DNA of 32,086 bases from Octopus bimaculoides. Taxonomy: Eukaryota. The notes beneath the pieces are model-generated. The model was not told the origin of the DNA. It worked only from the letters and a program-made list of their open reading frames with translations, and made no database searches. The position numbers and the translations under genes are program-made. Positions 1-11,442 of the stretch are shown piece after piece. The first letter of the stretch is position 1; each line of letters opens with the position of its first letter. The stretch covers positions 62,040,920 to 62,073,005 of the forward strand of contig NC_068986.1 in assembly GCF_001194135.2 (NCBI RefSeq), given 5' to 3'.

Positions 1-218
1 ACATAAAAGACACCATTTCGAGCGTGGCCGTTTTCGTGCGGGTGACACGTAAAAGCACCCACTACACTCTCTGAGTGGTTGGCGTTAGGAAGGGCATCCA
101 GCTGTAGAAACTCTGCCAAATCGGACTGGAGCCTGGTGTTGCCATCCGGTTTCACCAGTCCTCAGTCAAATCGTCCAACCCATGCTAGCATGGAAAGCGG
201 ACGTTAAACGATGATGAT
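1..218 (+). mobile_element. 3' end of RTE-type LINE or RTE-tailed SINE, ending in (GAT)n (cut by window edge)
   Basis: Same terminal sequence (...GTCCAACCCATGCTAGCATGGAAAGCGGACGTTAAACGATGATGAT) as found directly downstream of RT-coding fragments at 4601-6380, 11443-12665 and 20436-21855. Confidence 0.8.
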
Positions 219-1217
219 ATATATATATATATATATCATACTCCAATATAAATGATATATATATCATTTATATTGGGGTATTAAGTTGCTTTTTATTCAG
301 TGGCAAGCTTGAATGTCATTATAAAATATTAATATGGAACTCAACAGCTATTGATTTGTATAGAATTTTTTTAAGTAGGACTGTAATACCTGAAATTTAA
401 CAGCATTTAAAAGAAGTTATTAGTCAGAATTCATATAAAACCTTGGTTTGCAATAATTTCATTTCAAATATAGCTATTTTGTGACAAATTTGTTGCAGTT
501 ATAATAATTAAAGTTTTCCTTTCTTCTTTTAAATTCAAGTTATTTCTGGGAGTGCATATATATTTAGGTTTATTAATACTGGTACAACATCAGTTTGGGA
601 CCTCAGTTCCAAATCCTTTTTGGATTACTGATTTTTCCAAACCAGTGGTGGTTAGCTCTAAATTAAACAAACATTAAATTTACTTATAGTTAAATGAAAT
701 ACAGGTACCTGCACATAAGTATAAATGATTCAAGTTTATTAATATTGTACTGTTGACGGTATTGCGAAATAGGGCTGCCCAGTAGGTGTTTGAAGTTGTT
801 GCTCATAAGTGTGAATTGTAGGAGGTTCTAAATCACCAGTGTTTGGAAAGTTGTAGTACCTGTACAGTCAAGTTATTGAAACCCATTCCAGTTTGAAGCA
901 AGCAGATTTTGTCATATATATGACCAAAAAAATGCCTCAAACACTTCATCTATACTATCCAATATATAAATTTATATAAAAATGAGGATAAGATCAATAT
1001 TTAAAATATTGATTTTATCAAGTGGCCAGCATAGGAATAAAAACCATCAAAGGTAATAATTATTACAATTATAATTTAGGGTATCTAAGAGACACCACCA
1101 CACTGAAAATAGCAGCCAAAGCTTGACTAAAACTACAATAAATGTTCATATAGCACCAGGAGAGAAGACGAAGAGACAGATACTCTAAATTATAATTATA
1201 ACTATACAATATATATA

Positions 1218-1610
1218 TATATAGTTTTAGGGAAAAGAACCAAGGTTCATGAACTCATCCATGAAAATCCACTGTCACATCCATTGTTATGTCCTGTTTT
1301 ATTATTTTTATTGTATTTGTATAACATTGTTCGTTTTTTTCCGTCCTTGTTTTTGTATACATTCGCTGCTTTCTTCCAAGGAATCTAATGCTTTTGGCTT
1401 AGGTTTTCATTGGGACTGGCCAGATTGGAGCAATATCGAGAATAACCAGCTGAAATTGCAAGGATAATCTGGATCTCGACTGAGGAAAGAAAACTCTGAA
1501 TGACCTGTCCTTGTTTTCTTTGTATTGTCTATCTGGATGTTTTGTCCCTTTCTTGTATCACCTAACTTTCTGGATGTTTTGCGTCCTTGTCCCATTCTGT
1601 ATTATTTATA
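1218..1610. repeat. Dispersed repeat embedded between (TA)n tracts, possibly Penelope pseudo-LTR related
   Basis: First 57 nt (1218-1274) match the reverse complement of 30558-30614 at 54/57; both ends abut TA microsatellite. Confidence 0.45.
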
Positions 1611-1891
1611 CATATATATATATATAGCGGCGTATGTACACCTTGTCTCTTATACATACATATATATATATATATATATAAAGGCAAAATTAATTGAGGT
1701 TACAAACGTGATGGAGGGTGCTGGCCAGCACTGCTTATGCTAAAAATAAGAGTTAAATTAACTCTAAAGCCACTAAAGCACTAAATTATGTATGCCCCTG
1801 GCATACATAGCTATATTGTAATTTCAAATTTGTGGCCTCTATTAATTTTGCCTTTAGGTTCTAATTGCTAATAAGCCACCCTTTTAATTTG

Positions 1892-1951
<60 letters not shown>

Positions 1952-2249
1952 TAGCAGAGAAAGAAAAAATTGTATGTATACATATACCCTGATACTCTAC
2001 TATCATCTCTCTCCTGCTCTCACTTTCCCTTGCTCTTCCCTCTAGCCGGTTAACCATGTATCTCATCTACAGCAGCACACCTGTTTTTGCCCTCATTTTC
2101 TCTCTCTCTCTCTCTCTCTCTCCTGGGTAACCATGTACCTCCTCTATAGCAAGACAACTGTTTCTACTTCTCTGTTTCTCTATCACACTAATCTTTCATC
2201 AATATCACCTCCCCTCAGTTCTCAAAATTCCTTGTCTTACTTGGTGACC

Positions 2250-2542
2250 CTGCTGGTGCCATGTAAAAAGCATCCAGTCCACACTGTGAAGTGGTTGACA
2301 TTTGGTAGCACGTCTAGCTATAAAAACCAGGCCAAAACTGACCTCACTGTGCTGGTGAGGTCAGTTTTGACTATAAATGACGTAAAAGGCACTGAGTCCA
2401 CTCTACAGGGTGCTTGGTGTTAGGAAGGGCATCCAACCATAAAAACCACGCCAAAACAGACACAGTAGCCTGGTGTAGTCCTGTACCTGACCAGCTCCTG
2501 TCAAACCCATGGCAGCATGGAAAACAAACATTAAATGAAGAT
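2250..2542 (+). mobile_element. Degenerate RTE-tail/SINE copy
   Basis: TTAGGAAGGGCATCC...CCATGGCAGCATGGAAAACAAACATTAAATGAAGAT is a diverged version of the RTE 3' tail. Confidence 0.6.
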
Positions 2543-2604
2543 CACACACACACACACACACAACACACTCTCACACAAGCACAACACACACACACACACA
2601 CACA

Positions 2605-2665
<61 letters not shown>

Positions 2666-2757
2666 NNNNNNNNNNNNNNNNNNNNNNNNNNNNNNNNNNN
2701 NNNNNNNNNNNNNNNNNNNNNNNNNNNNNNNNNNNNNNNNNNNNNNNNNNNNNNNNN

Positions 2758-2836
<79 letters not shown>
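2543..2836. repeat. Compound (CA)n/(CT)n microsatellite with assembly gap
   Basis: Directly visible. Confidence 0.95.
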
Positions 2837-2837
<1 letters not shown>

Positions 2838-4600
2838 AAATTAAGTATCTGCATTTCAGTTGTAATGTTTTAGTGTTCACATAAAATGTTGAATAAAATG
2901 AGATGAGACTAACTTGACTCCTCTCACATTTTGTAGGGTTAGTGTTACTTTGAAATCTATTGAAATAGCTGAAGCATAAGTCTTGTTAATTGAAATTGGT
3001 TACAACAATTACAAAAGTTTACTTCATAAAGTATTCTAGGATAGTTAAAGTCTAGAGTTAGCCAATGAACTAAGTCTGAACTTACTTCTTCCTGATAGTA
3101 TTTAATTTCTGTTCTATTTGAATAGCAATTAAATTCCAGGAGGAAGAAAAGTTTAAACGAATTTCATAATATTTCATTTCTGTTGTTATTGCTAATTGAG
3201 TAAGTGTATGTGTTTTGATTGCAACTGGAAATTATAAATAGGTATTATTTAAAAGGAAATTCATACTGTCAGTTTCTGTCTATATGTTTTGGAATGATGT
3301 TGCTTGTTGTAGGTGTTGAATATAGCCTTGTTCATATCTCAGTGGACAATAGATTTAAAGATGTAAAGGCAACTTGTCATAATGGGCAGGTCATAGCTCT
3401 TGCACCTGGACATTTTCATGGTTGTTGTTTAGCCTCAAATAATTCTAATTGTGTAGACTTATGATCAAAGGCATTCAGCCAAGACCAACCCATTTTTTTT
3501 TCAGGATGTTCTTTGTGGGAGGTTTGGCTGTCATTTCTAGAAGCTCATTTGACATTGCAGAAGCTCCCTCATTGACTCACTTGGTATCTTGGTTTTTGGT
3601 TGTGTGCATGATATCGCAAAATATAATCTTTAAATGCTACAGAGTTTGAAGATGTTTTGGTTGAAACACTGAACTTTCATGTAGAAGTGCCTTCATTTGC
3701 TTAACCCATTACCTCCCATAATTCTATTAACTGGAATTTTTTTTATGAAACTTTGATTTCTAGCATAAAACAGCCTTAGAAACACACTGGAATGATCAAA
3801 ATAACATTTCAAAATAACATTTTAAATAGAAATAAGCAAGATATTGGGTGAAAAATTAGCAAACCTGATTTGAATATCAGAGAAATATACCTAGTAGATA
3901 TAGCAAAAAAGGTTAGATATGTGTAAATATTGACAGATAATTACGAAATTTGTAATTTTTATGTGATCTCATATGAGATCACTGGTAGGTAATGGGTTAA
4001 AGGAACGACATTCTTGTTTACTGAAAAATATATTTGAATGAGTTTTTCTTTTGCCTAAAACATCCTACTATATGATTTTAAGTTACTCCAGCCCCAGAAA
4101 ATGAAAGCTTGTTGATGCACAGTCTTGACATACAATTTAGTAGCGCTTATGATGTTCTTAAAAGCTAGATTTTGTTTGCATGGAATCTATTAAGTAAAAA
4201 GTGGGTGGAAGGGTGGGATATTTAGAAACAAATTATCAATGGTAGGTTGGAGAGTCAACTTTTTCAAAGCATGTTCTGTTTGAATTGGAAGCAAGATTGT
4301 GTATGTACAATAGCATATTGTTATAATGTGTGTGTGTTCTGCTTTTTCTAGCTAGCGTCAATCATCACAGTTGTTTAATTAATAGGGATGGCAACAGTAT
4401 TGTTACTATTTTTAAAAACCCAAGCTGGTGTGTTAATGGGTTTGGCATCTATGTTCTTACTTTCTTTCTATGTAGCCAGTTAAGTAAGTATCTCTCTACC
4501 ATTACTGATTTACTACGGAGTTTGAGTGGAGACTGAAGTGCAATAAAATTACATTTGTCTATTTCTGTATACATGTATCACTAGAACTAAAATTAATCTA

Positions 4601-6380
4601 ATCGTCATCATCTTCATCATCATCATCATTATCGTTTAACATCTGCCTTCCATGCTAGCATAGGTTGGACGATTTGACTGAAGACTGGCGAACCAGATAG
4701 CTGCACCAGGCTCCAATCTGATCGGGCAGAGTTTCTACAGCTGGATGCCCTTCCTAACGTCAACCACTCTGAGAGTGTAGTGGGTGCTTTTACGTACCAC
4801 TGGCACGAGGACCAGTACTGGCAATAGCCACGCTCAAAATGGTGTTTTTTACGTGCCACCTGCACAGGAGCCAGTCCAGCGGCACTGGCAACGACCTCGC
4901 TCGAATGTCTTTTCACGTGCCACCAGCACAAGTGCCAGTAAGGCGACGCTGGTAACGATCAGGCTCAAATGGTGCTATTTATATGCCACTGGCGCGGGAG
5001 CCAGACAGCTGCTCTGGCAATGATCNNNNNNNNNNNNNNNNNNNNNNNNNNNNNNNNNNNNNNNNNNNNNNNNNNNNNNNNNNNNNNNNNNNNNNNNNNN
5101 NNNNNNNNNNNNNNNNNNNNNNNNNNNNNNNNNNNNNNNNNNNNNNNNNNNNNNNNNNNNNNNNNNNNNNNNNNNNNNNNNNNNNNNNNNNNNNNNNNNN
5201 NNNNNNNNNNNNNNNNNNNNNNNNNNNNNNNNNNNNNNNNNNNNNNNNNNNNNNNNNNNNNNNNNNNNNNNNNNNNNNNNNNNNNNNNNNNNNNNNNNNN
5301 NNNNNNNNNNNNNNNNNNNNNNNNNNNNNNNNNNNNNNNNNNNNNNNNNNNNNNNNNNNNNNNNNNNNNNNNNNNNNNNNNNNNNNNNNNNNNNNNNNNN
5401 NNNNNNNNNNNNNNNNNNNNNNNNNNNNNNNNNNNNNNNNNNNNNNNNNNNNNNNNNNNNNNNNNNNNNNNNNNNNNNNNNNNNNNNNNNNNNNNNNNNN
5501 NNNNNNNNNNNNNNNNNNNNNNNNNNNNNNNNNNNNNNNNNNNNNNNNNNNNNNNNNNNNNNNNNNNNNNNNNNNNNNNNNNNNNNNNNNNNNNNNNNNN
5601 NNNNNNNNNNNNNNNNNNNNNNNNNNNNNNNNNNNNNNNNNNNNNNNNNNNNNNNNNNNNNNNNNNNNNNNNNNNNNNNNNNNNNNNNNNNNNNNNNNNN
5701 NNNNNNNNNNNNNNNNNNNNNNNNNNNNNNNNNNNNNNNNNNNNNNNNNNNNNNNNNNNNNNNNNNNNNNNNNNNNCCACATGACCATACCAGGGCAATC
5801 ATCTCTCTTGCACACCACAACTGATGCTTCTTAGGTCCAACTTTTCTCTCAAGGTACTTACACTCTGTCAGGTATGCACACTGACATTACACATCCATTG
5901 GAGCATACTGGCTTCATTCCTTGTGAGCTTACGCATGTCCTCAGCAGTCATGGCCCATGTTTCACTGCCATGTAGCATGGCTGTTCGTACACATGCGTCA
6001 TACACTCTGCCTTTTATTCTGAGCGAGAGGCTCTTTGTTACCAGCAGAGGTAAGAGCTCTGTGAACTTTGCCCAGGCTATTCTTATTCTAGCAGCTACAC
6101 TTTCAGTGCAACCTCACCCGCTACTGACTTGGTCACATAGGTAACGGAAGCTATCAACTACTTTTAGTTTTTCTCCCTGGAATGTGGCAATAGTTGTTTT
6201 CTGCACATTTTCAGTGTTTATTGCTCCTAAACATCTGCCACATACAAAAACTATCTTGCTAGTTAGCCTTCCTTTGATATTGCTGCATCTCTTATGTGTC
6301 CATAGCTTACACTGGGTACATCTTATAGAGTTTCTACCTACGCCTTTTCTACAGATATATGCCTTTTCTACAGATTCTTA
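4601..6380 (-). mobile_element. RTE-clade non-LTR retrotransposon, 3' fragment (post-RT region, 3' UTR, (GAT)n tail), interrupted by a gap
   Basis: (ATC)n tail at 4601-4633 on +. 5777-6380 is homologous to the RIRIAWAKFRELLPLL...LSLRIKGRVYDACV region of 11443-12665 and 20436-21855. The link across the N-gap is inferred. Confidence 0.8.
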
Positions 6381-6397
6381 TATATAAAATAGATCTG

Positions 6398-6954
6398 TGT
6401 GGACAGTTTATTGGTTTCATCCTCTCTTTTCTTCGTACTATCCACTCTAATTATGAAGAAAAGAGAGGATGAAATAAAAAAAACTGTCCACAGTCTGTCT
6501 ACCCTATGTGAAAGGCCTCTCTGAAAAGATACAAAAAATATGCGGCCCATATGACATCAGGACAATATTCAAGATTAATACAACACTTTGCAAATATCTC
6601 CTTCGAGTAAAACCACCAATAGAAGAGAATATGACCAAAGACAGCTGTGGTAGGTTACACAAAGGCAAAACATGCCACCCACTCAAAATAAGGGTAGACG
6701 AACATGGCAAAGCCGTGACATGAGGAGATATTGATAAATCAGGTATAGCTGATCATGTATGGAAAAATGGAGACCACCTCCCTCTGTGGGATGAAGTTAA
6801 AATAATAGACAGAAAACACCACTGGAAAATACGAAACCTAAAAGAAGCAGCACATATGCTAGGACACAACAACCTCCTAAGCAGCCCGAGTGCAGATATG
6901 AATAGCATATGGGAATCGGTATTAAGGAAGGATAGAAAAATATTAGATTTATAA
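6398..6954 (+). mobile_element. Penelope-like element, GIY-YIG endonuclease C-terminal fragment (pseudogenised)
   Basis: Frame from 6508 reads VKGLSEKIQKICGPYDIRTIFK...SCGRLHKGKTCHPLKIRVDEHGKAVT*GDIDKSGIADHVWKNGDHLPLWDEVKIIDRKHHWKIRNLKEAAHM, matching the PLE pattern LPYVKGLSEKI...YxGETxRxLxxRxxEH...SxxAEHxW...W...E. One in-frame stop at 6721-6723. Confidence 0.85.
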
Positions 6955-7477
6955 GCCCTAAAATTCACTCCATAATTNNNNNNNNNNNNNNNNNNNNNNN
7001 NNNNNNNNNNNNNNNNNNNNNNNNNNNNNNNNNNNNNNNNNNNNNNNNNNNNNNNNNNNNNNNNNNNNNNNNNNNNNNNNNNNNNNNNNNNNNNNNNNNN
7101 NNNNNNNNNNNNNNNNNNNNNNNNNNNNNNNNNNNNNNNNNNNNNNNNNNNNNNNNNNNNNNNNNNNNNNNNNNNNNNNNNNNNNNNNNNNNNNNNNNNN
7201 NNNNNNNNNNNNNNNNNNNNNNNNNNNNNNNNNNNNNNNNNNNNNNNNNNNNNNNNNNNNNNNNNNNNNNNNNNNNNNNNNNNNNNNNNNNNNNNNNNNN
7301 NNNNNNNNNNNNNNNNNNNNNNNNNNNNNNNNNNNNNNNNNNNNNNNNNNNNNNNNNNNNNNNNNNTCTATGTTCTTACTTTCTTTCTATGTAGCCAGTT
7401 AAGTAAGTATCTCTCTACCATTACTGATTTACTACGGAGTTTGAGTGGAGACTGAAGTGCAATAAAATTACATTTGT

Positions 7478-7712
7478 TAAGAGCGTGGGCTACTAACCCC
7501 AAGATTCCGAGTTCAATTCCAGGCAGTGACCTGAATAATAATAATAATAATAATAATAACAACAACATTGAAAAATACTTTAGGAATGAGAACACAGGTT
7601 TGAAATTTCCCCAAGACACCTGATGAAGGCTGGAGGGTGTATCAGCTGAAACATGTTAACAATAAACAAGATGAGGACAAATATCCATCAAATGTAAATA
7701 ATGTTGTCTAAA
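7478..7712 (+). mobile_element. SINE-like element with 5'-truncated tRNA-derived head, (AAT)n spacer and hammerhead-like tail
   Basis: Anticodon-arm-like GGG-CTACTAA-CCC and B-box-like GAGTTCAATTCC (7509-7520). CTGATGA-A-GGCTG-N10-CAGCT-GAAAC at 7620-7652. Confidence 0.55.
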
Positions 7713-8111
7713 ATGATTTTATAATTAGGAAAGATGATTGTCATTTTGGCTGTTTCTAAGAACAAGGCAATTGAAAAACTAAAATTTCATGGACAGTTCT
7801 GTCATATTCTTAAACTTTTAAAATAATTTACAGCAGTAAAACTAAATACATTTAAGTAGAACAACTTTCCCCTCCTCTTCCTTGATATCCACTTTTCTAT
7901 GCTTTTGTGGATCATAAAATTCATTGAATCACATTTTCTATGGCTAGATGTCCCTTCCTGTCATCAGCTCCTACCTGTTTCCAAGCAAATTAATATTTTT
8001 CGATAGCCAAACATGTTTCCATGGAGAATCAAAAAGAGGCACTGCCTGTTTGACAGTGATACATATTTACAACTGTTGTGCAATGTCAAAAGGAGAGAGA
8101 GAGAGAGAGAG

Positions 8112-8147
<36 letters not shown>

Positions 8148-8164
8148 TGAGCTTCCTTTAGTTC

Positions 8165-8310
8165 CTATTGATCAAATCTACTCACAAAGTTTTGATTAGC
8201 TTGAAGCTATAGTAGGAGATACTTGCCCAAGTTGCCACACATTGGGACCGAACTTGAAACCATGTGGTTGGGAAGCAAACTTCTTAACCAAACAGCTATG
8301 CCTGCACCTA
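8165..8310 (-). mobile_element. Degenerate tRNA-derived SINE (family of 31828-32086)
   Basis: Reverse complement contains GGTAAGAAGTTTGCTTCCCAACCACATGGTTTCAAGTTCGGTCCCAATGTGTGGCAACTTGGGCAAGTATCTCCTACTATAGC-like sequence, homologous to 31848-31930. Confidence 0.7.
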
Positions 8311-8379
8311 TATTGCACAGATCCAATCCAAAATATAAACAATAATTATTTACTGTATTCACTGTCTGCTGCTTCAAAT

Positions 8380-8512
8380 AATATTTGGATACAAGCATGG
8401 CCATATGGTTTAGAAGTTTGCTTTGCAACCTTGTGGTTTCATGTTCAGTCCAACTATACAGCACCTTAACTGTCTTTTACTATAGCCCCAGGCTGAGGCC
8501 TTGTGAGGAATT
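8380..8512 (+). mobile_element. Highly degenerate tRNA-derived SINE copy
   Basis: GGTTTAGAAGTTTGCTTTGCAACC...GTTCAGTCC...CTATAGCCCCAGGCTGAGGCCTTGTGAG resembles 31848-31955. Confidence 0.55.
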
Positions 8513-9127
8513 GTATTGTGTGTGTGTGTGTGTGTGTGTGTTTTTGTGTATTATGTTTGTGAATATGTGAGAATGTTTATATTCCACATTTGTCATTGCC
8601 TCAATGAAACAGTAGTGATGTTGATTTTTTTTTTAAATATTATGACCTGTCACTGTGCTTATGAAGTCCTGTGGCGAAAGGAAGAGCACCCAGCTGTTAA
8701 ATCCTATTTCAGTTCCTGTCCAAACCTTTGGTAGCATGAAAAAAAAACATTAAATGAATGAATCCAATAAAATGTAAATTCATGCACATGATATGCATCT
8801 CATTGTTACTCCTTCATAAAAATANNNNNNNNNNNNNNNNNNNNNNNNNNNNNNNNNNNNNNNNNNNNNNNNNNNNNNNNNNNNNNNNNNNNNNNNNNNN
8901 NNNNNNNNNNNNNNNNNNNNNNNNAAGAATCAAAATCTATAAAATAGTGAAATGTGGAAGTACTTCGATTTGTTAGTGTTTTCATGCAAACAAGATCCTT
9001 TTCACTTCTTTAAAATTATAATTGCTATTGCAATGACAATGAAAGTTACTGTAACTTAGCTGGTTGATAGAAACTCAAAATAGTGAATCTAAGTTGAAAG
9101 ATCAAAACAAGAAAAAGAAGAGAAGGG

Positions 9128-9175
<48 letters not shown>

Positions 9176-9800
9176 GTGGACTTTGAGCAAAGATAGTGTT
9201 TAGAATAAACAACAAAAACATTTTTATTGAAATATACAATTGGATTTTAGTATGTTGTAGTTGACATGTTTTTTAATAAAGGTTTCAATTCATCTCTATG
9301 AATGTTAGGGTTAGGGTTTCATAGCAGTTCTCAATAAAGATTGTCCAATTGTCAAATACCTACTTTGAAACTGTCCATTCTGACCCGGAAACACTTTTCC
9401 TCCATAATTTTCTTAGTAAGACATGTAAAGAGTAAAGACATTTTCTTTGTACAATTTAATAGCCAATAAAATGATAATGAAATTTTTAAAAAAGAAATGT
9501 ATGTCACTTTTAGTGAGCAGAACAAATGGCAAGTGTGAACTGATTTCAGATATAATGATAATGTTAAAAAAAAATGTGCTTACAGATGTTAAAAAATAGC
9601 TAATGGAAGGAGTTTATTCAGAAATTGAAAAGAATCTTAAGTGAGCTTAACACATTTTAGTACCATTTTTGTTTTATATTCTGAAGAACTGTATATTATG
9701 CGTGAATACATTGCACATTGCATTAAACATTTTAAATAGTTGCTAGTTTAGCTCTTTTTTTGTTGATCAAGTTTAGATGAAGTAAAAGATGCATTTTGCA

Positions 9801-9903
9801 TGGAGCCTGGTGTTGCCATCCGGTTTCACCAGTCCTCAGTCAAATCGTCCAACCCATGCTAGCATGGAAAGCGGACGTTAAACGATGATGATGATGATGA
9901 TGA
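9801..9903 (+). mobile_element. Short 5'-truncated RTE-tail fragment ending in (GAT)n
   Basis: 9801-9892 is identical by eye to 127-218. Confidence 0.85.
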
Positions 9904-10950
9904 TTTATTATTCATTATTTATATTATTTATATCAATATTTTATTATATAAAATTTACATAAATAATTTAATAGATTATGTATATGTGAATATGATAAGG
10001 CCACTAATTTAAAATTCATGCATTTTCTTGTAATTAATAAACGGACATTCTAGTTTTATTCTGTGAAGGAGGGAAATTTGAGATAATATAACCCAAATTT
10101 ATTTCATCACTATTGTTTTAATATTTACATTCCCAAGCCTGTGTAAGTCAAACTGGTTCTTTCTCCTATTGTCATATGTCTGCCCTTGGTTATTTTTTCT
10201 GAAGACACTGCCTTTTGTTTAATTCATTTGGAATTTCTGATTTGCTTTTAGTTCTTTGTAGGTATTTTTTATTTATTCTATCTTATTTTCACACTCCTTT
10301 CTGTATGTCGGACTGCACATGATTTATTAATTATCGCTAGTTGTTTTATCTCATTTGAATGTTTTCATGTTCACATTGTGCATCTATCAAATTATACTTA
10401 TAATATTTAATTTCGATCAAAAACAAGACCATCCACTTCTGTCCTACTGCTAGTCAGTAATATTTGCTTTTTATTGAAAGAAAAGGGGAAAAAATCCTTT
10501 TGCAAAAGTTCTAATATTCTTTTACTCAGTAAATTATCTGAATATATTTGCTATTTTTAGAACTTTCTTATCATAATTTATCTTTACAAAATTAAATTAC
10601 ATGAATGAGTTTTTTGTAAAGATTCTTATAAATTTCAAAACTAGTATACATGTTTTCAACTTACTGCAGATGTGTTTTTAGCTCCCCAATAAATTGTAAA
10701 ACTGTATGTATATTTCTGTACACATACATATATATATTCAATAAAGCAATAAACTTAGTTCAGTTCAAATGTGTAAATTATTAAGTACTCCACAAACAAT
10801 TGTACCCTTAATAGGTACACATGCCTGTGCTGAACCAGTATGGCAGAGTACATGACAAGACTAGACCTTTGAATTACAGGCTCAATCTATTCAACTGGCT
10901 TTTATATGGTTTCCTCTAACCATGGTGCCTTGAGATATCTTAACTGTTAA

Positions 10951-11298
10951 TTACCCTGCATGCATAAGCGAAAACAGGGTATTGTAGTTGCGTGTCTTTG
11001 TCTGTGTGTTTGCATAATTACTGGAAAATGGCTGAACAGATTTTCACCAAATTTGGCAGAGATACCTATTGGGTTAGTGGCTCACACTCATTAAATTTTG
11101 GTTTGATTATCTTAAAAACTTTTAAATGGTTGAAGTGAAATACTTTTTTCTCTGTAACATATGCATAAAGAATAAGCAGGAGAAATAACTCTTGATGTTA
11201 TTTTGTTGAAATATGAATTTATCTGAGAATATATTTATTTAATTAAATTTTATTTTATCTGTGTGTGCATGCAGGGGATGCGTCACCCCTCTGATGCC
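10951..11298 (+). mobile_element. DINE-1/HINE-like non-autonomous Helentron element
   Basis: 5' subTIR CCCTGCATGCA (10954-10964) with its exact inverse at 11266-11276. Short 5' inverted repeat TACCCTG/CAGGGTA (10952-10958/10975-10981). GT/TCT-rich tract after it. 3' stem-loop GCGTCA-CCCCTC-TGATGC (11280-11297) followed by a T run. Confidence 0.65.
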
Positions 11299-11325
11299 TT
11301 TTTTTTTTTCATTCAGTAAGTGTTT

Positions 11326-11420
11326 TCTATAGCACCAGGTCAAACAAAGTCCTGTGAGTAGATTTTGGTTGATGGAAACTGAAAGAAACCTAGTGTATGT
11401 GTTTGTGTATGTATGTATGT
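11326..11420 (+). mobile_element. Fragment of tRNA-derived SINE body
   Basis: CTATAGC...CTGTGAGTAGATTTTGGTTGATGGAAACTGAAAGAAACC matches 31923-31986. Confidence 0.6.
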
Positions 11421-11442
11421 ATATATATATATATATATATAT

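Noticed and set aside
739-867. Minus-strand 42-codon open frame (LYRYYNFPNTGDLEPPTIHTYEQQLQTPTGQPYFAIPSTVQY*) as a terminal exon
   Set aside because: Weak acceptor without a polypyrimidine tract, no recognisable homology, and short enough to occur by chance.
1480-1510. Hammerhead-like CTGAGGA-A-AGA-AAAC-TCT-GAA
   Set aside because: GAAA is incomplete, and there is no stem III, NUH triplet or stem I pairing. At most a decayed remnant.
3505-3583. Strong T-rich acceptor (TTTTTTTTCAG) followed by a short open frame
   Set aside because: Poor donor (GTATCT), two of three frames are closed, and no similarity to the expected N-terminal C1 half.
4965-5834. Long ORFs in the supplied track, also those at 2414-2884, 27474-27881 and 28580-29336
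   Set aside because: Artefacts of N-gaps and dinucleotide microsatellites. Only the first 24 codons at 28580 are meaningful (PLE fragment).
9586-9640. Possible small exon (ACAG|ATG...AA|GTGAGC) upstream of the C1 exon
   Set aside because: Purine-rich acceptor, no C1 residues, and the frame from the internal ATG ends in phase 2, incompatible with the phase-1 start at 16121.
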